Source of the DNA: a virus
Length of the DNA stretch: 39,568 bases
IMG/VR virus record: IMGVR_UViG_3300045988_025144
Coordinates: 1 to 39,568 of that record
Reading direction: 5' to 3' (one strand)
Shown: piece by piece, positions 18,639 to 25,891 of the stretch
How positions within the stretch are numbered: the first letter of the stretch is position 1
Layout: each line of letters opens with the position of its first letter
Program-made: the position numbers and the translations under genes
The notes under the pieces: model-generated
What the model saw: the letters and a program-made list of their open reading frames with translations, nothing else
Told to the model about the DNA's origin: nothing
Databases searched by the model: none

Positions 18639-19056
18639 CCCAATCACCTACCTTGATTTCGATAGTTCGTTGAGTGATTTCTTGTTTGTCGGTCCAAAGC
18701 CTGTGACGTTTTCCTAAAAGCTCAGCTGCCTTGATTCTATCTTTCGCCCCGACATCTATATCCGTAATCGTCTGACCTAGCTCTCCAATACTAATCAAGG
18801 TCTGTTCTTGCGTCTCTCCTCGCATGACTGAAGTTAGGTAAGTAAGCACCTCTTCCTGTGTTGCAATCTTCTCAGACGCAAGCTGAGCCAATCTTTCATC
18901 GATATAAGATTTGATTGTAGTATTTTGTAGTAACTTAGAAGCATTCGTATTAGCATACTTAGAACTATACCCTGCCTTAATTGCTGCATCTGTCGCATTC
19001 CCGCTGATGATGTACTCATCAGCAAATCTCTGTTGTTTTAAAGTTAATTTAGCGAT
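18622..19056 (-). CDS. terS: Terminase small subunit (P27 / Terminase_4-like) with a non-canonical start
   Basis: The open frame from 19062 reads (W)K-I-AKLTLKQQRFADEYIISGNATDAAIKAGYS...AAELLGKRH. The only start-like codon at the expected N-terminus is ATC at 19056-19054, 9 nt after GGAGG. Confidence 0.75.
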   Translation of the reverse strand: MAKLTLKQQRFADEYIISGNATDAAIKAGYSSKYANTNASKLLQNTTIKSYIDERLAQLASEKIATQEEVLTYLTSVMRGETQEQTLISIGELGQTITDIDVGAKDRIKAAELLGKRHRLWTDKQEITQRTIEIKVGDWDVDED

Positions 19057-19077
19057 TTTCCATCACCTCCATTTTTT

Positions 19078-19108
19078 TACAACACAAAAAGCCACACGAT
19101 TGTGTGAC
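19078..19108 (-). terminator. Intrinsic terminator between the tRNA-Trp gene and terS
   Basis: On the minus strand, GUCACAC-AAUC-GUGUGGC is followed by UUUUUGUGUUG. Confidence 0.7.
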
Positions 19109-19126
19109 TTAATGCAAGACCTCTCA

Positions 19127-19197
19127 CAGACTTTGTAGGAATCGAACCCACGTTTACAGATTTGGAGTCTGTCGTGTTACCACTACACTAAAAATCT
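19127..19197 (-). tRNA. tRNA-Trp (anticodon CCA), 71 nt, CCA end not encoded
   Basis: It was folded by hand as AGAUUUU-UA-GUGU-AGUGGUA-ACAC-G-ACAGA-CUCCAAA-UCUGU-AAAC-GUGGG-UUCGAUU-CCUAC-AAAGUCU-G. All four stems pair. U8, GG in the D loop, U33, the TPsiC loop UUCGAUU, A1-U72 and G73 are present. Confidence 0.85.
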
Positions 19198-19350
19198 AAA
19201 TAACGGTATCAGGGGTTGAACTAAATAATACAAAGAGGAAATCACCAGCTTACCACCCCTGACACGGTTAAACATTAAAGGAGTCACCAAGTACTTGCCT
19301 TACTCGTTGACAATACCATAATATCACTTTAAAAATTCCAAAGAGTTCCA

Positions 19351-19761
19351 TTAGTTCCATTTTTTAGAAATTTTTTTCAAAGCGCTCTCTCTAGCCCGAT
19401 GAATCGTTCCGCGCCCGCAACGTAGCTGAGCTTGAATTTGATTCCACGATAGTCCATCAATATACAACAACCGCATGATAATATTTTCCACAGGGTCGTC
19501 CAATGACTCAATCACTTGCACCAGCTTGTCTCGTTCTTGATAAAGTTCTTGGATTTCCTGATACAGTTGTTCTGACTTATCAATAATCAGCACGTTCAAT
19601 TCTTCGGAGCGATTAGACGAGTTTTCTGACTTTGGCATATTGTTAAACTGTTGCCCTCGTAAAATTCCAGACTTTAAGCTGATAATTTCCTGGTGCTTCG
19701 ACTTCGCTTTGATATCGATGTACTGCAAGGCCTTTAGTCGTTGTTTGATATTGATCGTCAT
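19351..19761 (-). CDS. Late-gene transcriptional activator (ArpU/RinA-like, sigma-70 region-4-type HTH)
   Basis: The C-terminal sequence YIDGLSWNQIQAQLRCGRGTIHRARESALKKI is a sigma region-4-like HTH. It is the last gene before the packaging module. Confidence 0.65.
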   Translation of the reverse strand: MTINIKQRLKALQYIDIKAKSKHQEIISLKSGILRGQQFNNMPKSENSSNRSEELNVLIIDKSEQLYQEIQELYQERDKLVQVIESLDDPVENIIMRLLYIDGLSWNQIQAQLRCGRGTIHRARESALKKISKKWN

Positions 19762-19964
19762 TTATCCTCCTCGTAAAATTCAATCTTTGCAAAGTTTTTG
19801 GGATTTATCGTGATGATAGTTTCAGTAGGCTCAATCTGTTGTAAATGAAGATAATTTATATTACCTCGCTCAAGCCATTCCAACATATTTAGAATATGCC
19901 CATAATCTTCTTTTACCTTGATTTCTTCTTCAAAGTAAGGATTTTTTAATACTATCTTTGCCAT
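19758..19964 (-). CDS. Hypothetical protein
   Basis: The start was chosen at MAKIVLK after AGGAGG. A TGATG overlap couples it to the upstream gene. Confidence 0.55.
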   Translation of the reverse strand: MAKIVLKNPYFEEEIKVKEDYGHILNMLEWLERGNINYLHLQQIEPTETIITINPKNFAKIEFYEEDK

Positions 19965-20476
19965 CAATCTACCTCCTGAACTTTCCAACCAAGAATATCC
20001 GCAGCCTTTTGGGCTTCTTCCTTTGTGTCGAATTTCTTAACATACTCCATCGTACCAGGTTGTTCATCCACTAGTATGACAATTTCAATATCTTCTTGAT
20101 AGTTTTTGAAATACAAATGATTACCATCGGTCACTACATATTTTGTTCCCTGAATATCATAACCGTCAAGCCATGCTCGAGCAAAGGTTGCTTGGTTATT
20201 TTCTGTTTCTAAAAATTCTTTTAGCTTTGAAAAATCTTTTTGATTTGCATAGTTGTAAAAGTATACATCGCCAACAATTAAAGCGTGTTGCAAATCAACA
20301 TGAGTAAATTTACAATACTCTATCCAATCCGCCACAAATTTCGGAATTGTGACTTTTTCTGGTTCTTTTAATAACTTTATCAATTCCAACGTTGTTAATT
20401 TATCAATCTTAGATCTAGAGCCACTGCAATCTACTGGTAACTCAAAAACTGCTTTAATCAATTCCTGTTTATTCAT
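19964..20476 (-). CDS. DUF1642-like phage protein
   Basis: A 170-aa ORF whose motif IPKFVADWIEYCK is typical of the streptococcal phage DUF1642 family (from memory). Confidence 0.55.
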   Translation of the reverse strand: MNKQELIKAVFELPVDCSGSRSKIDKLTTLELIKLLKEPEKVTIPKFVADWIEYCKFTHVDLQHALIVGDVYFYNYANQKDFSKLKEFLETENNQATFARAWLDGYDIQGTKYVVTDGNHLYFKNYQEDIEIVILVDEQPGTMEYVKKFDTKEEAQKAADILGWKVQEVD

Positions 20477-20766
20477 TTTTCTACCTCAAATTCCTCAATT
20501 AACCAATCCAGATTCTTACGAGCTTTCTTCAGATCTTCAAGCCCATTCTTTTTTTGAAACCGCAACTGATATTTCAAAGCATTTCCTAGATAGAAACCCT
20601 TTAATTGTTCTGGTGTCATAAAATTTCTTAGAGCATCGATAGATTGCATACCATATCGTCTTTGGTAGTGGCTTGGGTTATTTACACTATCATGTAACTC
20701 TGTCACTGTTTCGTCACCCAGCTTTTTCCAAGTTTTTTTATCTGTACTAAACTCACACGTAACCAT
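20473..20766 (-). CDS. DUF3310-like protein
   Basis: It contains the NPSHY motif. Confidence 0.6.
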   Translation of the reverse strand: MVTCEFSTDKKTWKKLGDETVTELHDSVNNPSHYQRRYGMQSIDALRNFMTPEQLKGFYLGNALKYQLRFQKKNGLEDLKKARKNLDWLIEEFEVEK

Positions 20767-20993
20767 TAACTTCCTGTTCCTTCCGCTTGTTTTTCTAGCC
20801 AGTTAAAGAGTAGACCGAATTGCTCCGTCACCAGCTCGTCATCATTGTATTGCTTGCAAATTTCTCCGATAGACAACACGACCCATTGCCAATAAGCGTC
20901 TGAACCAAATCCGACTTCTTGACTTTTCTGATTACTACGCGCCATCCATTCTGGAATGACTCTGCTGAAGAAATCAATATAATTGATTTTCAT
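20766..20993 (-). CDS. Hypothetical protein
   Basis: A 75-aa ORF translationally coupled to both neighbours. Confidence 0.5.
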   Translation of the reverse strand: MKINYIDFFSRVIPEWMARSNQKSQEVGFGSDAYWQWVVLSIGEICKQYNDDELVTEQFGLLFNWLEKQAEGTGS

Positions 20994-21388
20994 GGCAATT
21001 CCTCAATCTTGATATAGATCCCGACTGTGTCCGCCCAGAACTTCTCGACAATCTCGCTGGCCACCTGTGCATCATCTTTCCAGTAGCCGAGCTTCGTCAT
21101 GCAATCCTTAAGCAACTTCTGCAGATTGTCTGTATCTGGCTTTGTGATCTTGTACTGGCCGTCATAGCTTTTTTTGATACGAGGGAAGCACCACTTGACT
21201 GTCAGACGAATCGCTCCTTTAAATTTATCAGGAGGCACATGCTGCGCGAGCAAGCTCTCAAATTTTGCTCTGGCATTTTTCAGATCCTCTGGCTCATAAA
21301 AGATTGGTTTTCCAAATCGGACGTTTACCTTTTTTTGTTGGTGGGTCGTCGTTGGAATTTTTCGCATGGGTAAAAAGAATTCAATCAT
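20990..21388 (-). CDS. rusA: RusA-family Holliday junction resolvase
   Basis: A 132-aa ORF with the KPDTDNLQKLLKD and WKDDAQV acidic motifs. Confidence 0.75.
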   Translation of the reverse strand: MIEFFLPMRKIPTTTHQQKKVNVRFGKPIFYEPEDLKNARAKFESLLAQHVPPDKFKGAIRLTVKWCFPRIKKSYDGQYKITKPDTDNLQKLLKDCMTKLGYWKDDAQVASEIVEKFWADTVGIYIKIEELP

Positions 21389-21824
21389 CTTTTACCTCTT
21401 TCGCAAATTGCCACGCCCATGCTACAGTAGAATTTTTTATTCTTTTCTCGGTAAGCCCACCAGGAACATAACTATTATGTTTTCGTAATTTTTCAAGCGA
21501 TAAATATTTATGATCACTTAAGCACAGATTTCCGTTGCCACTTTGACACAAAGTTTGAAAGAAACCATCACCTACCGGGATTTCTACTGTATATATTTTC
21601 TCTTTCTCGATAAGGTCAATTCTTTCGAATTTTGCACGAGTTTCTAAAATTTTTAAATAGCTTCTCATTGCGTGATATTGAGATTGTAACAATTCAAGTG
21701 GGCAGGACAATTCAAAGTCAGGTACTTGTTTTTCTTTATATGCTTTTAAAAAATTTTCAATTCGCATACATCGTTCTTTTAGTTGATTATATTCATCAAT
21801 CATTCGTTGTTTATAAGCTTCCAT
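21381..21824 (-). CDS. Hypothetical protein whose N-terminal domain is paralogous to 13901-14113
   Basis: The start was chosen at MEAYKQR after GAGGTG. The N-terminal 70 aa align with the 70-aa protein. Confidence 0.6.
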   Translation of the reverse strand: MEAYKQRMIDEYNQLKERCMRIENFLKAYKEKQVPDFELSCPLELLQSQYHAMRSYLKILETRAKFERIDLIEKEKIYTVEIPVGDGFFQTLCQSGNGNLCLSDHKYLSLEKLRKHNSYVPGGLTEKRIKNSTVAWAWQFAKEVKDD

Positions 21825-21972
21825 TTTCACACCTCGCATATCTTTGTTTTTTTAATTTCGCTTTTAGTCCATGACCCTTGTATATGACAGGGTGCGTTTT
21901 AAGCAACCCTGTCTATACAGGTATGGACATGATGGACGACAGGACATTATCTATATATATAATATATAGTTG

Positions 21973-22080
21973 TCTGTCGCGCGACAACACCGTATTTTAT
22001 GGTTCTGTCGCGACAACACCGTAATTTTATAGTATTGTCGTTATTAGGACACGACCAGAATTTTACGGTTCTGTCGTTGA
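21973..22080. repeat. Tandem 30-36-bp iterons, candidate replication origin
   Basis: There are three and a fraction copies: TCTGTCGCGCGACAACACCGTATTTTATGGT / TCTGTCGCGACAACACCGTAATTTTATAGT / ATTGTCGTTATTAGGACACGACCAGAATTTTACGGT / TCTGTCGTTGA. The run is preceded by an alternating AT tract at 21950-21969. Confidence 0.6.
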
Positions 22081-24336
22081 TTTTATTACAGGGATAATGT
22101 TACCTGTATTTTTATCTATTTGATATTTTTTAGATGTTTTTATTCGTCTTTCGACAGTTCTGACAGTTATACCTAAGTAATCTGCTACATCCTCTTTTGA
22201 TGGTGGTTCACCATAATTTGCATTTTCGATAGCTTCATCAAACTCTATCAGCTTTTGCTTTTTATCTTCCTTCGCATTCTTTTTGCGAGTTTCTTTAGCT
22301 TTCATCCACCCTGGTTTATCATCGTCAAGCTTAATATCCGCCAGCACGCCCGTTTCATCAAGCGCGTGTACTGGATAGCTGAACCACATATTGACTGGTT
22401 TGAATTTGGCGAACTCTCGAAGCGTGCCCTCAACTCGCCACGCAGTAGCTATCTGAATCTTGTTGCGAGCTTCTTCGAGCTTATCCACGAATAGAGCACG
22501 AGCCATGACATCAGGAATGCCTTTCTCGAAATGTGTCCTCATCTGCACAGGGCTCAAGAGGTCATCTAAGCCAACATTTTGCTGGTAATAGGCATTATTT
22601 CTCTCTTGCAAGGCCTGCTTGTAAACTTCGCAAGCTGCTTGATTCAGTCTCTGAGTAAGTAATTCCTCTGACACTTCCAGCTCGACCAAATCGATAAGCG
22701 CGTCAGGATCCCTAGCGAATACACCCGAACCACTGGCACGGTCCATAGACTTCTTGCCACCTTGCGACCCCTTTGAGTGGTGATGACAGTAGATAACACT
22801 AGAGCCTAACTCTGTGGCTACCTTATCAAATTGATTGGTGAAGTGTGCCATCTGGTCTGCACTGTTCTCATCACCTGTCAAAATCTTGTAAATTGGGTCG
22901 ATGATAACTGCGATATAATTCTTCTTCAAAGCTCGACGAATGAGTTTGGGCGCCAGCTTGTCCATTGGTACAGTCTTTCCACGGAGATTCCAGATATCAA
23001 TGTTACTGATATTCTGTGGTGGCAATCCCATAGCCTGATAGACATCACGGAATCGATGCAGGGCGGATGGTCGGTCTAATTCCAGATTGACGTATAACAC
23101 ACGTCCTTGGGTACAATCCCAACCGAGCCACTTCTTGCCTTCTGCAATAGCGATTGACATCTCTATCAGCGCGAATGACTTACCAGCTTTCGAAGGTCCA
23201 GCAATCAGCATCTTATGACCCTGACGAAGGACACCTTTTATCAACTCAGGCGCCAACTCTGGCAAGTTATCCCAGCTATCTGCCAACCCTTCAGGATCCG
23301 GCAGGTCATCGTTTAAATCTTCGATGTATTGGTACCACTCGTCCCAATCGGCCTTACCAATGTTAGTATCTACCAAAAATTGCTTCTGACCGTTTCGGAT
23401 GAACCCTGGCATACGTGATAACCTGCTTGGATTTTTATTTTGAGTATCAACTATGATCCCGTTCTTCTGACAAATTTTATAAAGATAATCAACCCGATTA
23501 CGATACTCTTCGTAATTCTTGGCATCTACTTTGACGATGGCATGTAGCGACTTGTTTCCACTGTGAACCAAAACAGCAATCGGTAATTCAAGTTCTTTAT
23601 AAATGGCATTCTGCTTGTCGATTGGCATGCTGTCGGATTCAACCAGAGCATAGCGAAAATCTGTCACGTTTTCATTTTTAGCGCCTTTGCCATCCATGGG
23701 ATTGAATCGCACCCATGCGCCAGCTTCTTCGTGATAGTCGCCAAGGACAGCTCCAATATCTCCATTACATTCTTGTAAGAGCTGAATCAACTCACCAGCT
23801 GTACGATCATATGCTCCCTTAGTTGGCAGCCATTTGACAATCTCGCCAGTTTCGTCGTCAGTCTTGGGGTAGCACTTGGTCACATAACCGACATTTTCGC
23901 CAGCTTCAAAAAGTGTTTCAAGGTATTTGATGATTTCTTGCACCGGATTCCAAATTGTCGGCTCATGGATTTCCTTACCTTCAATCCAATCTTTATCAAT
24001 TACACGATAATCACGGTCTATTGTATCGGTCCAGCCTAGCTCATGCGCATTCTCACTATCATAACTAGACTGCGACACCCAGCCATTTTCTTTAGCAAGT
24101 TGGGTAATAGTAGCACCTGTCACGATAGTTCCTGCTTCCTCGTTGAAGGTATCCCATTTTTTGAAACACTCGAATTTCTTGTACCGGCTATCGTTTTGCG
24201 ACCAGTTATCCCAGTCAGATGCCGTGTAGCCTTCGTGTTTTAAGGCCATGCCCACATTTATCCATGTCTGGTAGTCTACCGTGGCAGGATTGATGTAATC
24301 CAGCAACGGCAACAAATTAAAATCATTCTCTGCCAC
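22063..24336 (-). CDS. Replication protein: primase-polymerase plus RecA/DnaB-like helicase fusion with a C-terminal HTH
   Basis: A 757-aa ORF with an N-terminal PriCT-like W..VGMALKHEG...KW motif, the Walker A LIAGPSKAGKS and a C-terminal YLGITVRTVERR HTH. Confidence 0.75.
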   Translation of the reverse strand: MAENDFNLLPLLDYINPATVDYQTWINVGMALKHEGYTASDWDNWSQNDSRYKKFECFKKWDTFNEEAGTIVTGATITQLAKENGWVSQSSYDSENAHELGWTDTIDRDYRVIDKDWIEGKEIHEPTIWNPVQEIIKYLETLFEAGENVGYVTKCYPKTDDETGEIVKWLPTKGAYDRTAGELIQLLQECNGDIGAVLGDYHEEAGAWVRFNPMDGKGAKNENVTDFRYALVESDSMPIDKQNAIYKELELPIAVLVHSGNKSLHAIVKVDAKNYEEYRNRVDYLYKICQKNGIIVDTQNKNPSRLSRMPGFIRNGQKQFLVDTNIGKADWDEWYQYIEDLNDDLPDPEGLADSWDNLPELAPELIKGVLRQGHKMLIAGPSKAGKSFALIEMSIAIAEGKKWLGWDCTQGRVLYVNLELDRPSALHRFRDVYQAMGLPPQNISNIDIWNLRGKTVPMDKLAPKLIRRALKKNYIAVIIDPIYKILTGDENSADQMAHFTNQFDKVATELGSSVIYCHHHSKGSQGGKKSMDRASGSGVFARDPDALIDLVELEVSEELLTQRLNQAACEVYKQALQERNNAYYQQNVGLDDLLSPVQMRTHFEKGIPDVMARALFVDKLEEARNKIQIATAWRVEGTLREFAKFKPVNMWFSYPVHALDETGVLADIKLDDDKPGWMKAKETRKKNAKEDKKQKLIEFDEAIENANYGEPPSKEDVADYLGITVRTVERRIKTSKKYQIDKNTGNIIPVIKSTTEP

Positions 24337-24347
24337 TGTTTTCTCCT

Positions 24348-25025
24348 TTAAAATAATTTTATTTGTGACTTATAATTTTCAAGTCTCTGTTTTGCTGAGT
24401 TGAAAATAGCTTCGTCTAATTCGCAACCTACATAGTTAAATCCCATTTCTTCACAAGCTATTAGGCTGCTTGCTGAGCCGACGTGTGTGTCTAGGATTTT
24501 ATCTCCATCACTTGCATAGTTTTGTAATAGCCAAATATATAAATTAACCGGCTTTTGCGTTGGATGTATCCTTATTTCATTAAGTGCTTTATTTCCTTGC
24601 TGCAGGTGACCTTCCGAGATTGATTTTCCTTGCATCATACCATTCCACATATAGCGAAATAGTCGTGTGCTATCATGTAAGCTGCAGTATGCTATCTCAC
24701 AATCTGAAAAACTTGACTGGCCATTAACTTTATCCCAAACGATACGGCCGGGTCCGAAAGGATAATCAAAATAATTCACACCCCAAATGATTTGATTTTT
24801 AGATACCCTGAAAAGTTCATCAAAATAATCTCTGTTTGGAATTTGCCACTCTGAGGTTTCGCCATAAAGCCTATTGACGCCAATCGGACTGACTTTCCGA
24901 CCATAGTATTTTCTTTTTTCTGGTCCGCTGAAATATGGAGGGTCTACAATAGCCAAGTCAAAATATTTATCTGGATATTGACGCATTACATCAAGGCAAT
25001 TATCTAAAATAAACTTTCCTTTCAT
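24348..25025 (-). CDS. DNA N6-adenine or N4-cytosine methyltransferase (beta-class, DPPY motif)
   Basis: IVDPPYF lies near the N-terminus and the AdoMet motif ILDTHVGSASS near the C-terminus. Confidence 0.8.
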   Translation of the reverse strand: MKGKFILDNCLDVMRQYPDKYFDLAIVDPPYFSGPEKRKYYGRKVSPIGVNRLYGETSEWQIPNRDYFDELFRVSKNQIIWGVNYFDYPFGPGRIVWDKVNGQSSFSDCEIAYCSLHDSTRLFRYMWNGMMQGKSISEGHLQQGNKALNEIRIHPTQKPVNLYIWLLQNYASDGDKILDTHVGSASSLIACEEMGFNYVGCELDEAIFNSAKQRLENYKSQIKLF

Positions 25026-25888
25026 CCTAACTCCTTTGCTATCGCCTCAATCACATTGACTGTCACGCTATTTCCTGCTTGCTTGTATAATTGAGAATTG
25101 CTATTTACCTCTTGCGCTTTGTCAAAAGCCCAGTCTGGGAATCCTTGCAATCTCCAGCACTCACGAGGGGTTAGTTTGCGTACCTTACCGTCAATAAAGA
25201 TTTTTGGTTCTCTTTGTCCACCTTGCATCGTATTTAAACAAGGTGCTAATCCAACTGGACTATAAACTCTCCCGCATTGAGGGTTTCCACCAAAACTTTC
25301 AGTTTTCTTGATATTCCCTAGTTGGATAATTGATTTATCTGATCTTGTTTCAAAAATAGGAAATACTTGTCTTCCACTTGTTCCTCTAAGATGTCCGATA
25401 ATGAACACTCGTTCTCTGTTTTGGGGGACTCCAAAATCTTTGCTGTTAAGCACTTGCCATTCGACATCATACCCCAACTCATCCAACGATTCGATGATTG
25501 TCTCGAAGGTGTACCCTTTATCATGGCTAATAAGCCCCTTGACGTTCTCGAGGAATAGATACTTAGGTTTGAGAACGGAAGCGAACCTTGCGATTTCAAA
25601 GAAGAGAGTTCCGTTTGTATCTTCAAAACCTCGTCTTGTCCCAGCAACGCTGAAAGGCTGGCACGGAAATCCTGCGCAGATAACATCGACTTGTCCGATT
25701 GCTTTGATTTCTTTCTTTGTGATTCCTGTTGCATCATGCAGCTCTATTTCTCCTTCTGTATTATGTATAGCTTTATAGCTTTCTCTAGCAAATTTGTCAA
25801 TTTCGCAAAAACCAACACATTCATGACCCGCGGATTCCATTCCAAGACGAAATCCACCAATTCCTGCAAATAGATCCAAAAATTTCAT
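25022..25888 (-). CDS. DNA cytosine-5 methyltransferase
   Basis: Motifs FAGIGGF (I), GFPCQPFS (IV), ENVKGL (VI), QNRERVFIIG (VIII), RKLTPRECWRLQGFPD (IX) and GNSVTVNV (X) are all present. Confidence 0.95.
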   Translation of the reverse strand: MKFLDLFAGIGGFRLGMESAGHECVGFCEIDKFARESYKAIHNTEGEIELHDATGITKKEIKAIGQVDVICAGFPCQPFSVAGTRRGFEDTNGTLFFEIARFASVLKPKYLFLENVKGLISHDKGYTFETIIESLDELGYDVEWQVLNSKDFGVPQNRERVFIIGHLRGTSGRQVFPIFETRSDKSIIQLGNIKKTESFGGNPQCGRVYSPVGLAPCLNTMQGGQREPKIFIDGKVRKLTPRECWRLQGFPDWAFDKAQEVNSNSQLYKQAGNSVTVNVIEAIAKELG

Positions 25889-25891
25889 ACA

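Noticed and set aside
18834-19025. A 63-aa minus-strand ORF upstream of the annotated terS fragment.
   Set aside because: It is in the wrong frame. The overlapping frame encodes the recognisable terS N-terminal domain (AKLTLKQQRFADEYIISGNATDAAIKAGYS).
19127-19197. The idea that the phage tRNA-Trp is a UGA suppressor, because it has U11-A24 like the Hirsh suppressor and a TGA precedes the terS frame.
   Set aside because: The anticodon is a standard CCA. As I recall it, U11-A24 is also the wild-type state in Bacillus tRNA-Trp. There is also no plausible start codon upstream of the TGA in the terS frame.
19307-19335. A + strand TTGACA-17-TAAAAA promoter-like sequence pointing antisense into the late-activator gene.
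   Set aside because: The -10 is poor, the context is AT-rich enough for such matches to arise by chance, and there is no downstream terminator or ORF to define a unit.
25308-25778. A 156-aa + strand ORF antisense to the C5-methyltransferase gene, plus other nested alternative-frame ORFs (26080-26421, 27719-28018, 29465-29737, 30017-30319).
   Set aside because: They have no RBS, no recognisable motifs, and compositions typical of off-frame translation. Only the same-strand ORF at 25318-25737 showed a motif worth reporting.
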